Shown: positions 45,381 through 55,354, counted from the first letter of the stretch. The stretch is 64,000 bases of DNA from Alphaproteobacteria bacterium (GCA_023150415.1 JAKLKY010000004.1:5647-69646), one strand, 5' to 3'. Numbers and translations: made by a program. Notes: generated by a model from the sequence alone, not told the origin.

Positions 45381-48300
45381 GGCCTGTATCCTTCGGCAGT
45401 TTGAGCTTCCATTGCATATACACAGCGTAGAGCACGGGGATCAGGATTAGCGTTAAGATGAGTGTGCTGACCATGCCGCCAACCATCGGCAAGGCAATAC
45501 GCCGCATCACATCCGAACCCGGCCCATCTGTCAGGAAAATCGGGATCAGGCCGAGAATGATCGTGCTCACCGTCATCAGCTTGGGCCGCAGACGTTGCAA
45601 GGCCCCATGGCGAACATTTTCCAGCAGTTTCTCAAACGTATCCGGCCAGTGTTCCCGCATTTCATGATCAATATAGATCAGCATGACAATCGCGGTTTCT
45701 ACAGCAATCCCGGCCAGAGCGATAAACCCGACGACCACGGCTACAGAGAGATTATAGTCCGCCAGCCACAGCCACCAGACTCCGCCAATCACACCAAACG
45801 GAACGGACAGCATAATCAGGATTGTGCGGTCCCACCGGCCAAAATGGAGGTAAAGCAGCGTGATAATAATCAGCAGCGTCGCCGGAACAGCAATCTTTAA
45901 CCGCTCATTCGCCTCCTGCATCTGCTCAAATTGACCGGAGAATTTAAGAGTATAGCCTACGGGAAGCTCTAGCGTTTTAAGCGCTTCTTGCAAATCGGCG
46001 ATGTAAGAACCGATATCCCGATTCTCAATATCAACGAACACCCAGCCATTGAGCCGCGCATCTTCGGATTTGATCATAGACGGCCCTTCTGCTACGCGAA
46101 TGTCGGCGAGGGTCGCCAGCGGAATATGCGCGCCATTAGGGCTACTGACCAGAATATTATCCAGATCAGTGATATGCTCGCGGAAAGGCTGGTCATAGCG
46201 CACCATAATGGGGTAGCGTTCGCGCCCCTCTACGGCTTCATCAAGCTGCATGCCGCCAAGCGCGGTCTGGATCACCTGCTGCACGGTTTTCAGCGCTATG
46301 CCATAGCGGGCAAGTTCGCGGCGGTCAGGAATAATCTCTATATATTTCCCACCAACAACACGATCAGCAATGGCGCTGCGGGTGCCCGGAACGTTTTTAG
46401 CACGAGCTTCAACGTCTTTTGCAATCCTGTCGATTTCTTGCAAGTCAGACCCGGCAATCTTAACCCCGATGGGTGTGCGAATACCTGTCGTCAGCATATC
46501 GAGCCGTATTTTGATCGGATAACCCCAGCTATTCATCATGCCCGGCAGCCCGACACGCTCATTCAAATCAGCAATCAGCTTTTGCGGCGTCATGCCCTCG
46601 CGCCATTGATCGCGGGGTTTGAGTTTAATCCATGTTTCAATCATCGCCAGTGGCGCGGGGTCAGTGGCGGTATTTGCACGTCCGGCTTTGGCGAAGACCT
46701 GCTCAATTTCAGGGGCCTCCATCAACTGACGGTTTGTAACCTGCAATATTTCGCGGACCTTGGCAGGTGATACGCCCGGCAAGGTCATCGGCATATAGAG
46801 CAGCCCGCCTTCATAAAGCGGGGGCATGAATTCACTGCCAAGTTTGGACGCCGGAAGTGCTGTGCTCATAAGCGCGATCAGCGCCAGTACCATCGTTGTC
46901 TTGCGCCACTTTAAAGCGGCATTGAGACACGGGCGGTAAAGCGCAATAAAAAACCGGTTGATCGGGTTTTCATCCTCTCGTTTGATTTTCCCGCGTATCA
47001 GCCAGAGCATCAAAACCGGTACCACCGTCACCGACAATAGTGCCGCTGCCGCCATCGCATATGTCTTGGTAAAGGCCAGCGGCGTGAACATGCGTTCTGA
47101 TTGACCAGTCAATGCAAAGACCGGAAAGAACGACACAGTGATAATCAGCAGGGAGAAAAACAGACCCGGCCCGACCTCCTTGGCCGCCTGTATTAGCGCT
47201 TTTTGTCTGTCCGCCTTATCGGCATCCGGTTCCATATCGGAGAGTTTCCGGTGTGCATTCTCCACCATAACAATCGAGGCATCGACCATGGCACCAATCG
47301 CAATCGCAATGCCCCCCAGCGACATGATATTGGCGGTAATGCCCTGCGCATTCATCACGATAAAAGCGGCCAGAATACCAAGCGGTATTGTAATAATAGC
47401 AACCAAAGCACTGCGCGCATGGAGCAGAAAGAGGAAGGCAATCAGCGCCACCATCAAGCTTTCTTCAATCAACTTGTCTTTGAGATAATCAACGGAACCT
47501 TCAATCAACTGGCTACGGTCATAAACGGTTTTCAGCTCTACGCCTTCGGGCAAACCCTGCTTTACGCTTTCCAAACGCTCTTTAACGTTATGAATGACAT
47601 CCAGCGCATTGGCTCCGGGACGCATCACAACGATGCCGCCGACCGCTTCACCTATACCGTTGAGTTCGGTAATGCCGCGCCGGATCGCCGGACCTTCCAC
47701 CACACGGGCAACATCACCCACCGTAATCGGCGTGCCATCCACATTCTTTAAAACCGCTTGCTGCAAATCCTCCGGCTTGTTCACGTAGCCGAATGACCGG
47801 ATCAAATATTCCGTCTCCGCCATTTCCAGCGTCCTGCCCCCAGTTTCCTGATTGGAAGAACGCACAGCCTCAATCACTTTTTGCAGCGGAATGTCATAAG
47901 CACGCAGCTTGTTGGGCTCAACCAGCACCTGATATTCTTTGACAAACCCGCCGACACTCGCCACTTCCGCCACACCGTCAATCGTGGCCAGCTCAAATCG
48001 GACAAACCAGTCCTGCAAGCTGCGCAGTTCTGCTAAATCATGCTGGCCTGTTTTATCAAATAACGCATATTGAAACACCCAGCCCACGCCGGTGGCATCC
48101 GGCCCTAGCTCCGGCTCCACGCCCTCCGGCAACATGCCACGCGCCTGCGAGAGATATTCCAGCGTCCGGCTGCGTGCCCAGTACATGTCAACATTATCTT
48201 CAAAAATGATATAGACAAACGATGTGCCGAACATAGAAAACCCGCGCACGACTTTAGTTTTCGGCAGGGATAGCATTTGTGTGGAAAGCGGATAGGTGAT

Positions 48301-48531
48301 CTGATCCTCAATCACCTGCGGTGCCTGTCCGGGGAAGTCTGTGCGGATAATCACCTGCGTATCGGATAAATCGGGGATAGCGTCCAACGGTATTTTGGTT
48401 ACGGAGACAATCCCAGCCACCAATAATACCAGTGCGCCCAGCATGACGAAAAACTGGTTTGCCACCGACCAGTCTATGATTTTGGCGGCAAAACTTTTGG
48501 ACGGATCGTGTATGTGATTAGTGCTGTCCAT
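45370..48531 (-). CDS. cusA: Heavy-metal RND efflux pump CusA
   Basis: 1053 aa with 12 TM segments, HME-RND layout and N-terminus IIDWSVANQFFVMLGALVLLVAGI. Confidence 0.95.
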   Translation of the reverse strand: MDSTNHIHDPSKSFAAKIIDWSVANQFFVMLGALVLLVAGIVSVTKIPLDAIPDLSDTQVIIRTDFPGQAPQVIEDQITYPLSTQMLSLPKTKVVRGFSMFGTSFVYIIFEDNVDMYWARSRTLEYLSQARGMLPEGVEPELGPDATGVGWVFQYALFDKTGQHDLAELRSLQDWFVRFELATIDGVAEVASVGGFVKEYQVLVEPNKLRAYDIPLQKVIEAVRSSNQETGGRTLEMAETEYLIRSFGYVNKPEDLQQAVLKNVDGTPITVGDVARVVEGPAIRRGITELNGIGEAVGGIVVMRPGANALDVIHNVKERLESVKQGLPEGVELKTVYDRSQLIEGSVDYLKDKLIEESLMVALIAFLFLLHARSALVAIITIPLGILAAFIVMNAQGITANIMSLGGIAIAIGAMVDASIVMVENAHRKLSDMEPDADKADRQKALIQAAKEVGPGLFFSLLIITVSFFPVFALTGQSERMFTPLAFTKTYAMAAAALLSVTVVPVLMLWLIRGKIKREDENPINRFFIALYRPCLNAALKWRKTTMVLALIALMSTALPASKLGSEFMPPLYEGGLLYMPMTLPGVSPAKVREILQVTNRQLMEAPEIEQVFAKAGRANTATDPAPLAMIETWIKLKPRDQWREGMTPQKLIADLNERVGLPGMMNSWGYPIKIRLDMLTTGIRTPIGVKIAGSDLQEIDRIAKDVEARAKNVPGTRSAIADRVVGGKYIEIIPDRRELARYGIALKTVQQVIQTALGGMQLDEAVEGRERYPIMVRYDQPFREHITDLDNILVSSPNGAHIPLATLADIRVAEGPSMIKSEDARLNGWVFVDIENRDIGSYIADLQEALKTLELPVGYTLKFSGQFEQMQEANERLKIAVPATLLIIITLLYLHFGRWDRTILIMLSVPFGVIGGVWWLWLADYNLSVAVVVGFIALAGIAVETAIVMLIYIDHEMREHWPDTFEKLLENVRHGALQRLRPKLMTVSTIILGLIPIFLTDGPGSDVMRRIALPMVGGMVSTLILTLILIPVLYAVYMQWKLKLPKDTGHEA

Positions 48532-49906
48532 GACCCTGCGGCTCCTGTGTTTCTGTCATGCCGCCGTGATCGTGCCCCATTGCCGCCATACCGCCTTTCA
48601 GATTGCTTTCGGCATCCAGCATAAACTGGCCGGATTTAACAATTTTTTGGCCGTGAGACAGGCCGCTTGTAATCTCAGTAAGGCCGCTCGCTGTAATCCC
48701 CGTTTCCACCATAACAGGACGGAAATACCCATCTCCGGCATCTTCAATCACGTACGCGCCCATGCCGCCATACAGAACGGCTTCGGCTGGTACGGCCAAA
48801 CGTGATTGCACTTTAGCATTAAATGCAGCGTCCACATATGTATCGGGCTTTAATGCGCCGTCCGGATTATCCAGCACCAGACGCACAGTGACGGTGCGAT
48901 TTTGCGGGTCATTCACAGGGTGAATAAAATCAACCAGCGCTTCATATTTTTTGCCTGTTTCGGGGATAGTGATTTTTGCGGGGATGCCAACTTCCAGAAA
49001 CCGAACATCACGCAGCGGGACATCCGCATTGACCCACACTTTGGTAAAATCCTGTAACTTTAACACGCTGCTGCCTTCATTCACATATGCGCCTTTGCGC
49101 ACATTCAGCCATGTAACTGTCCCATCGGCAGGGGCATAAAACGGCGTTTCCTCAAAAAATTTACCGCGTTCTTTTAGCTGCTCAATCGCCTTATCCTCCA
49201 TGCCGTACAAACGCAAACGCTGCGCAGCATTTCCTACGCGGGAGCCGATTAAAAAATCAGATTGGGCATTCATCAAATCAGGACTGTAATAAGTAAACAG
49301 CAAGTCGCCTTTCTTGACAGAATCTCCAACAGCATCCGTATTCAGATCGACAATCCAGCCTTTCGTACGAACATCAATCGCATATTCCAGCCGCGTGCTA
49401 GGCTCTATCCGGCCAAAGGCGCGAATGTTCAGACCAAATTCATGGTGGGCAACGCCGGAGGTTTTCACCCCCAGCGTTTGAATATAAGAAGGGTCAATCA
49501 AAAACGCGCCTTCCGGCTTGTCTTCATGATTTTCATGGGATTGGCTACCCTCATTTTTTGGCACCAGCGTCATGCCGCAGATCGGGCAGGTATCGCCTTC
49601 CTCCCCGTTAATATGAGGATGCATAGGGCAAATATAGACAGGAGGTCCGTCTACACTATCTGATGCGGGCGGAGGGGTTTGCATTTTATGTTCTGGGTTT
49701 TGCTCCGAAGAAGAGCCTTCTTCCATAGGGACAAGATGCATGCCGCAAATCGGGCAATTATCGCCCTCTACACCGGTTTCTTCTGGATGCATGGGGCAGT
49801 AGTGGGTATGGGCTTCGGTTTGAGATGAAGCTGTAACCCCGTTTTCTGCGGCCATTACGAATGGAGCAAAAGTAAATAAAAATAGGGTGAAAAGTAAAAT
49901 ACGCAT
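48518..49906 (-). CDS. cusB: Membrane-fusion protein CusB with two N-terminal zinc-ribbon-like metal-binding modules
   Basis: HYCPMHPEETGVEGDNCPICGM and YICPMHPHINGEEGDTCPICGM, followed by an HlyD/CusB body. Confidence 0.85.
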   Translation of the reverse strand: MRILLFTLFLFTFAPFVMAAENGVTASSQTEAHTHYCPMHPEETGVEGDNCPICGMHLVPMEEGSSSEQNPEHKMQTPPPASDSVDGPPVYICPMHPHINGEEGDTCPICGMTLVPKNEGSQSHENHEDKPEGAFLIDPSYIQTLGVKTSGVAHHEFGLNIRAFGRIEPSTRLEYAIDVRTKGWIVDLNTDAVGDSVKKGDLLFTYYSPDLMNAQSDFLIGSRVGNAAQRLRLYGMEDKAIEQLKERGKFFEETPFYAPADGTVTWLNVRKGAYVNEGSSVLKLQDFTKVWVNADVPLRDVRFLEVGIPAKITIPETGKKYEALVDFIHPVNDPQNRTVTVRLVLDNPDGALKPDTYVDAAFNAKVQSRLAVPAEAVLYGGMGAYVIEDAGDGYFRPVMVETGITASGLTEITSGLSHGQKIVKSGQFMLDAESNLKGGMAAMGHDHGGMTETQEPQGHGQH

Positions 49907-49956
49907 AATAAAGCTCCTTTCTTAGGGCGTGAAAAACCATCAAGAAAAGAGCGTAT

Positions 49957-50358
49957 TTAGATTCGCAGGCGCCGCGTTGTCAGATAAAGATCGTGATTAT
50001 TGAGGTGGGACGGACTGGTATCAAAAGGCGGCCCGCGAATGAAATGACCGGATACCAAAAGGGAATCATAGTTCGGTGTTAAATCTGCCCATGCGAAATC
50101 AATATGATCAACGGATAGGTCGGGCTGCACGACATCGGCTTGAACATCGGACTGAAACAAATCAACACCCATGCAATCGAGCGCAAACATGGGACCTGAT
50201 TTCTGTCCGTCTTTTTGCGCTTCTTCACTTTGATGGCAGGGCTTTGGCTCAGCAGCCTGCGCAGATTGCATCGGGCAAAACGCCATCACACACGTCAAAA
50301 CAGGCGTGAGCATCAAAAACGTCATAAATCCAAGCAATATTTTGCGCATAATCCTCAT
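49957..50358 (-). CDS. Hypothetical secreted protein, first gene of the cus operon
   Basis: Signal-peptide-like N-terminus (ILLGFMTFLMLTPVLTCVMA). No recognised motif. Start is 50358 or 50349. Confidence 0.45.
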   Translation of the reverse strand: MRIMRKILLGFMTFLMLTPVLTCVMAFCPMQSAQAAEPKPCHQSEEAQKDGQKSGPMFALDCMGVDLFQSDVQADVVQPDLSVDHIDFAWADLTPNYDSLLVSGHFIRGPPFDTSPSHLNNHDLYLTTRRLRI

Positions 50359-50463
50359 AATATACTATTCGCGTAAAAAAGTCTTAAAGTTTCAATTGTT
50401 ACGAATAATATGATGAATGATAGAACATCCATAATGCCACCAAATATACATTTAACAGAAAAA

Positions 50464-50630
50464 GTAAACCAAAGGGTAAACTGGGGCAGTTTACCGGTCA
50501 ACTAAACTATTCAATAAAATCAAACACTTATAATGTCAAGTAAGTTGACAGTTTACCCCGTTACTTGACGCTTTTATTTAAAGAAAACAAAGGCTTGTAC
50601 TAAATCTGTCAAGTAGCTGTGTCAACTAAG
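50464..50630. repeat. Iteron-like repeat cluster (GTCAA[GC]TAA x5, CAGTTTACC/GGTAAACTG x3-4)
   Basis: Perfect inverted repeat GGTAAACTG-GGG-CAGTTTACC at 50475-50495. GTCAACTAA at 50497. GTCAAGTAAGTTGAC plus CAGTTTACC at 50535-50557. GTTACTTGAC at 50560. GTCAAGTAG at 50608. GTCAACTAAG at 50621. Confidence 0.5.
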
Positions 50631-50792
50631 TTTTTTCCCCAGACGCTAGCGAAATGCCGCACGTTCCCCGCCCCTATAGGAAATGCCCCCACAGGACCCG
50701 CGCGAATTCCTGCGAGAATGCCAGACCGCTCTGCGCAGGCTTGCGTGCATCACTGAATCACCTGCGAAACTCTGCATATTCCACTGGCTATT

Positions 50793-51098
50793 GTGGGCGA
50801 AGGAAGCATTCATATTCACATGGATGAGATACCGACCATCACGATTTACTCACGCGGCCACCCATTGGAGACCATCATCCTGGGCATGAACAAGCTGAAC
50901 ATGGGACAGGTTGACAGTGCGCTGGAGATTTATGCTGAGCAGAACGACATTGTTGTTGGAACCGTTCTTGGCGTTACGAATGATGCTGCCGTGTTTACAC
51001 CCACGGAAAACTGGACGCGTGATCTGGAGTTTGAAGAAAACACCGTTCATTTTGTAACGTGGGAAGAGATCCGCACGCTTCTCGGAATCGCACCCTGA
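50793..51098 (+). CDS. Hypothetical small protein
   Basis: ORF only. GTG start at 50793 or ATG at 50820, with no convincing RBS. Convergent with the primase gene. Confidence 0.3.
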   Translation: MGEGSIHIHMDEIPTITIYSRGHPLETIILGMNKLNMGQVDSALEIYAEQNDIVVGTVLGVTNDAAVFTPTENWTRDLEFEENTVHFVTWEEIRTLLGIAP

Positions 51099-51109
51099 CC
51101 GACCGGGAT

Positions 51110-51155
51110 GGGGTGCGTGGATCTGTATCCCACGCCCCCTCCCTTTAGGGAGGGG
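51110..51155. terminator. Two adjacent GC-rich hairpins between convergent genes
   Basis: GGGGTGCGTGG-N8-CCACGCCCC (bulged), and the perfect hairpin CCCCTCCC-TTTA-GGGAGGGG. Confidence 0.35.
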
Positions 51156-51322
51156 TGGAGAGAGTGACATCTGTTCACATGCCGTAAACCCATATGCATC
51201 AAGCCTTACAGCCAGAAAAGCAGACGGCAGATGCAGATACACCAGAATTTCTGCTCTGCGCGTAAGCTGTTGTAATAAAACAAAAGCAGATGTTACTGCC
51301 CGGCAGATCTGCTGCAGATTCA

Positions 51323-53464
51323 TCATCGCGTCTTCTCTTCATCATGATAAACCCAGCTGTGTGCATTCTCGACCTGACGCACACCACCGGATCCTTCATC
51401 CTTGTAATGCGTGGGCAAGACAGCAATGGCCGACGTCATAATCTCGCCGGTATCCTCATCAATGTCATCCTGCCCCAGCTGCATATTCTCAACCACCAGA
51501 TAGCCATACTTGCTGCGCTCCGCCGTTTGTTTTGTCAGCGGATGCGGGGTTTTGAGGCATTTGATATAGCCTTTACCCATCAGAACGCTAATCCGTTTTT
51601 TGATGGTCGTCTGACTGCCGAGTCCGTCGATGTCTTCATAGGCTTCGCTGAAGCTCTCAATCGTGTAGAGCTTTTGATCAAACTGCGCATCCTCCAGCAA
51701 CCGCTGCAAAATCTGGTCATGCTGGCGATGGCGTTCGGATTTGAGCTTGTTAGAATAATCCTGCCGGATTAGCGGCTGCGTGTCCGGATCAATCTCGACC
51801 CATTGCCCGGCGCGTTTGACAACATGCATGTTTACAATGCCGGGGCCGTTGCGCAGCTCAAAATGCAGCGAGCGGACATCCTCCGCTTCATCAGGCCGAA
51901 AAATCAACATGCCGCTGGTGTAATAACTGCGTAGGGAACTGGCGCCGCTCAAGGCCTGAAACGGGTCATCTTTGAACATGGCCTTGCTGATTTTCTTGGT
52001 GTGGTGGACGAGGATAATCCCGGCGCGCGGATTGATCATATCGCGCAGCATTTCCACGCGTTGCTGCAGAAAAAACAGCATGGCATTGTTGTCATTCTCG
52101 CCGAGATTGCCAAAGTCCGGCCCGCCGTCAAACACATTGCGGATGGGGTCGATGACGATAATATCCGGCGGTGCGTCGGGAAACCTCTCATGGATAAGGT
52201 CTTTGATAATCTCCAACCCGTCATCATTCAGCAGCATCTTTAATTGCGGCGTAATGTGAATGTTCTGCCCGGCTTTGTTTATGGCCTCCTCAGACAGTCC
52301 CATTTTCTGCAGACGCTCGCGCAGATAATCATACTGGATTTCTGCCTGCAGCACGAATATACGCAATGGCCTGGGCGGTATGAATTTCAGGAATGGCTGC
52401 CCGGCGGCCATATGGGTCAACAGCGAGAGCGTAAAATCACTCTTGCCGGATTTGGGCGCACCGCCAATCACCAGCATACCGGAGGGTGTGAGCAGACGCG
52501 GCGCGATCAGATCATCCGGCATCGGGCTTTTATCAGCGATCAGCTCGGCCAGCGAGAAGGCTTCATAGCGTTGCAGTTGGATTTTTGATTGTGGTACAGA
52601 ATTCAAAAAGCCCGGAATATGAAGCCCCTCCAGCACCGCATCGGCGGCGTCCCATTTCTCCGGCTTGTCGGCGGGCGGAATGATAACCCGCAGGCTTTTG
52701 GGCTTAATATTTTTCAAACCCGCTTTAAGATTTTCCAGATAGGCCTGTCCGGCTTCGTCTTTATCTGGCCAGATTAGGATGTCTTTGCCAGATAGAGGAG
52801 AGAAGTCAGTTTTTGCCGGATCAAAATTTGCGCCGCCCATGACGGTCGTGGCCGGAATACCTAAATCGATCAGCACCTGCGCGCACTTCTCGCCTTCGGT
52901 GATGACAACCATGTCTGCGATGGCAAGGCCGGGCAAATTATACAAAGGCCTGATCTCCGGCATGGCATGCTTTTTAGCAATATGATCATAGGGCAGAAAA
53001 GTCTTTTTGCCGTCTGCACCGTCTGTGCGTTTGACGGTGACCAGCGGTTTGCCGGATACATCCGTATATATCCATTCCCTGCGCTCCAGTGATACTGACG
53101 GCACAACCGGCGACATTCCCAGCCAGTCCGCGCATGAGCGCAACACACCCTGAAAGTACCGCTGAGTATCCAGCCCATGCACCGCCGCCCATAGGTCAAA
53201 AATATCGCCGCCGTGACCGCTTTCGAAATCCTGCCATAGCCCGGCTTTGTCACCAGACATGCTGACTTTCAGGCTCCGGCCTTTTTCACCCTGCAGACTG
53301 CCGATCTGAAATTCCCGTTTCAGCTGTCTGCCGTTCGGGAACAAATGCCGCAACACTTCCGGCAACCGCGCCAGCATCGCAGTCTTTATCTCATCCCGGG
53401 GCGGCAAGTCGGGATCATTGTAATCCAGTGTTTTAAGGGGCATGATATCAATACAGCTCCTCAT
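51323..53464 (-). CDS. Bifunctional primase (Toprim) / AAA_25 RepA-like helicase, P4-alpha-like
   Basis: GGDIFDLWAAVHGL primase N-region. Toprim VVITEGEKCAQVL...WPDKDEAGQAY. Walker A GGAPKSGKS. IIVIDPIRN...ILVHHTKK RecA-like core. Confidence 0.8.
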   Translation of the reverse strand: MRSCIDIMPLKTLDYNDPDLPPRDEIKTAMLARLPEVLRHLFPNGRQLKREFQIGSLQGEKGRSLKVSMSGDKAGLWQDFESGHGGDIFDLWAAVHGLDTQRYFQGVLRSCADWLGMSPVVPSVSLERREWIYTDVSGKPLVTVKRTDGADGKKTFLPYDHIAKKHAMPEIRPLYNLPGLAIADMVVITEGEKCAQVLIDLGIPATTVMGGANFDPAKTDFSPLSGKDILIWPDKDEAGQAYLENLKAGLKNIKPKSLRVIIPPADKPEKWDAADAVLEGLHIPGFLNSVPQSKIQLQRYEAFSLAELIADKSPMPDDLIAPRLLTPSGMLVIGGAPKSGKSDFTLSLLTHMAAGQPFLKFIPPRPLRIFVLQAEIQYDYLRERLQKMGLSEEAINKAGQNIHITPQLKMLLNDDGLEIIKDLIHERFPDAPPDIIVIDPIRNVFDGGPDFGNLGENDNNAMLFFLQQRVEMLRDMINPRAGIILVHHTKKISKAMFKDDPFQALSGASSLRSYYTSGMLIFRPDEAEDVRSLHFELRNGPGIVNMHVVKRAGQWVEIDPDTQPLIRQDYSNKLKSERHRQHDQILQRLLEDAQFDQKLYTIESFSEAYEDIDGLGSQTTIKKRISVLMGKGYIKCLKTPHPLTKQTAERSKYGYLVVENMQLGQDDIDEDTGEIMTSAIAVLPTHYKDEGSGGVRQVENAHSWVYHDEEKTR

Positions 53465-53888
53465 ATTTCCCAGGCAGAAAAGCGCGCGTTAAGTCCGGTT
53501 CATAACCGCCAAGAGAAAATATATGCCGCGCTTTCAGGGTGTTCTGCTCTATGTAGGGCCTAGCTATCGGATACTGCTTTTGTGATGTTAAAATCCAAGC
53601 TTCATCTCTTCCCGCAAAAGGAGGAATCCGAAGAGAATAAAAATCTTCAACCTTATTACAGATCCAGACTGGCCGCTTTCGCACCTGATGAAAATATGCC
53701 CCGATGCGGGCATGTGTTGTAAGCAGGAAAAACTCCGTACTGACAGGCATAACCTCCGACATGTAAAAAGGAGAAGCTACGACTTTATTATTATGGATTA
53801 CACCAAAATACCCTTCTTCTACCCTATCAGGAAGAGTCATTGGATAGTCTAGGATATCAGCTGCCGCTTCCAACTGTATTTCAAACAT
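53448..53888 (-). CDS. Hypothetical protein between alpA-like and primase genes
   Basis: Start set at ATG 53888 (MFEIQ), which overlaps the AlpA-like gene's 3' end by 8 nt. The 3' end overlaps the primase start by 17 nt, consistent with a coupled operon. Confidence 0.5.
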   Translation of the reverse strand: MFEIQLEAAADILDYPMTLPDRVEEGYFGVIHNNKVVASPFYMSEVMPVSTEFFLLTTHARIGAYFHQVRKRPVWICNKVEDFYSLRIPPFAGRDEAWILTSQKQYPIARPYIEQNTLKARHIFSLGGYEPDLTRAFLPGKYEELY

Positions 53889-54153
53889 TGCTCCCCCCAT
53901 GCTGCTCATCCATGGTGGAGGTGAAGCTGCGGCCATTCTCGAACTCTTCGATATCCGAGAGCCTGTAAACGACCCGCCCGCCGATCTTATGATAGCGCGG
54001 TCCATTGCCCAGCCAGCGCCAGCGCTCCAGCGTGCGCGGTGATATTTTCCACCGCTTGGACAACTCGTATTGATTGAGGAATTCCTCCGCCTTTCGGGGC
54101 GTTTGTATGATCGGTGATTGTGCCGCTCCGGGTTTTATAAATTGTTCGCTCAT
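53881..54153 (-). CDS. AlpA/excisionase-family helix-turn-helix protein
   Basis: LSKRWKISPRTLERWRWLGNGPRYHKIGGRVVYRLSDIEEF matches HTH_17/AlpA. AAGGAG lies 7 nt before ATG 54153. Confidence 0.75.
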   Translation of the reverse strand: MSEQFIKPGAAQSPIIQTPRKAEEFLNQYELSKRWKISPRTLERWRWLGNGPRYHKIGGRVVYRLSDIEEFENGRSFTSTMDEQHGGSNV

Positions 54154-54264
54154 CTGTTTCTCCTTTCGCATGTGTTAGAACCGATGATGGGTTCAGTGTG
54201 CGAAAATGAGAAAATGCGCGCTACGTTGTCACGGCGGGAACCGTATGGGTGTCAGGGTATCGCC

Positions 54265-55302
54265 CTAATATTTGCGCCCGCCGCCTTTGCGTGATTTCGG
54301 GGAACGAATGAAGGAGGCCATATACGAAGCATCATTGGCGCTGATGGCTTCGCCATTGATGGTCTGCTCAATGAACCAGGCCTCCAGCTCTTTTTTCAAA
54401 GGCTGGTGCTGATCAGTAATGCGGTGAACATCAATTGCCCTTTGCATCAACTGAAGATACGGCGTTGAATAGCCGGATTGGCTTAAAGCATTATCGCTTA
54501 CTGAGCGTGGCTCCAGCCCTAACTCCTCCAGCAATTGCGGCGGCGGGGCATAGCCCTTATCCTGCGCCCAGAGCAGGAATGGCTTGGGGAAGACTTCCGC
54601 CTGCGGGTGAGAAGAATCAAGGAGCGTAAAAAGTGACAGATCTGCTTCAACCTCCTTGGGGTTAACAATCTCCAGCTTTCCAGAGCGCCAGCTGCCGCGC
54701 GCGGTATCCGCCAGATAACTTGCTCGCGCCAGAGCGTCGCGCTCGAAATGATCGCAGCCCGGCTGCAGGTTCGGGCGCCGGATCAGTGCAGCCATGCTTA
54801 TTTCCGGATTGAAGCCCAACGTCAAAAGCACTGCATCCCATAAGAGCCATGAATCCTGCTTTGCCAGTCTTTTGATAACACGCAACATACTGCTGTTTTC
54901 GGAATAACGAAATGTCTGGCCAGTTTCGTCCAGATGATACTGCAGCCGTTCATGCCAGGGAATATGATGATCGAAACAGAGCTTCAAAAATGAAACAGGT
55001 GTCAAATCTGAAAGGCTTCCGCTTTGTGCCTTTCGAACCAGTACATCATGCAGCAAATCTCGATATTGATCGACCAGCATCAAATGTTTGCCAAACGCCA
55101 TCTCATACTGGCGCAGTTCTTCTTGCGCGGCCTCCGACAAAGCGCAATTATTTATGCCCGCCATCGCTGGATCCAAACCGACCAGAAGCCACGCAGCGTC
55201 TTCCAGCCCCCATGACGCCGCCTCCAACCAGACATCATAATCCGGATAAATGCTCACCAGACTATGTGTGGTTTCTTCTGTCTGTTTTAATGCCTGTTCC
55301 AT
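54265..55302 (-). CDS. Hypothetical protein with an internally repeated W-x3-DA-x-LL-x-G-x-[DN]P motif
   Basis: WGLEDAAWLLVGLDP and WLLWDAVLLTLGFNP. Basic tail KSRKGGGRKY. Start is ATG 55302 (no SD) or TTG 55380 (AAGGGG upstream). Confidence 0.5.
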   Translation of the reverse strand: MEQALKQTEETTHSLVSIYPDYDVWLEAASWGLEDAAWLLVGLDPAMAGINNCALSEAAQEELRQYEMAFGKHLMLVDQYRDLLHDVLVRKAQSGSLSDLTPVSFLKLCFDHHIPWHERLQYHLDETGQTFRYSENSSMLRVIKRLAKQDSWLLWDAVLLTLGFNPEISMAALIRRPNLQPGCDHFERDALARASYLADTARGSWRSGKLEIVNPKEVEADLSLFTLLDSSHPQAEVFPKPFLLWAQDKGYAPPPQLLEELGLEPRSVSDNALSQSGYSTPYLQLMQRAIDVHRITDQHQPLKKELEAWFIEQTINGEAISANDASYMASFIRSPKSRKGGGRKY

Positions 55303-55354
55303 TACGCATAAATATGCAACTGCTTGCTTTACCTTTGAAATTCTACGATATACT

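Noticed and set aside
45988-46770. 260-aa ORF antisense within cusA, plus the similar ORFs at 47138-47751.
   Set aside because: These are shadow frames inside a full-length RND pump gene.
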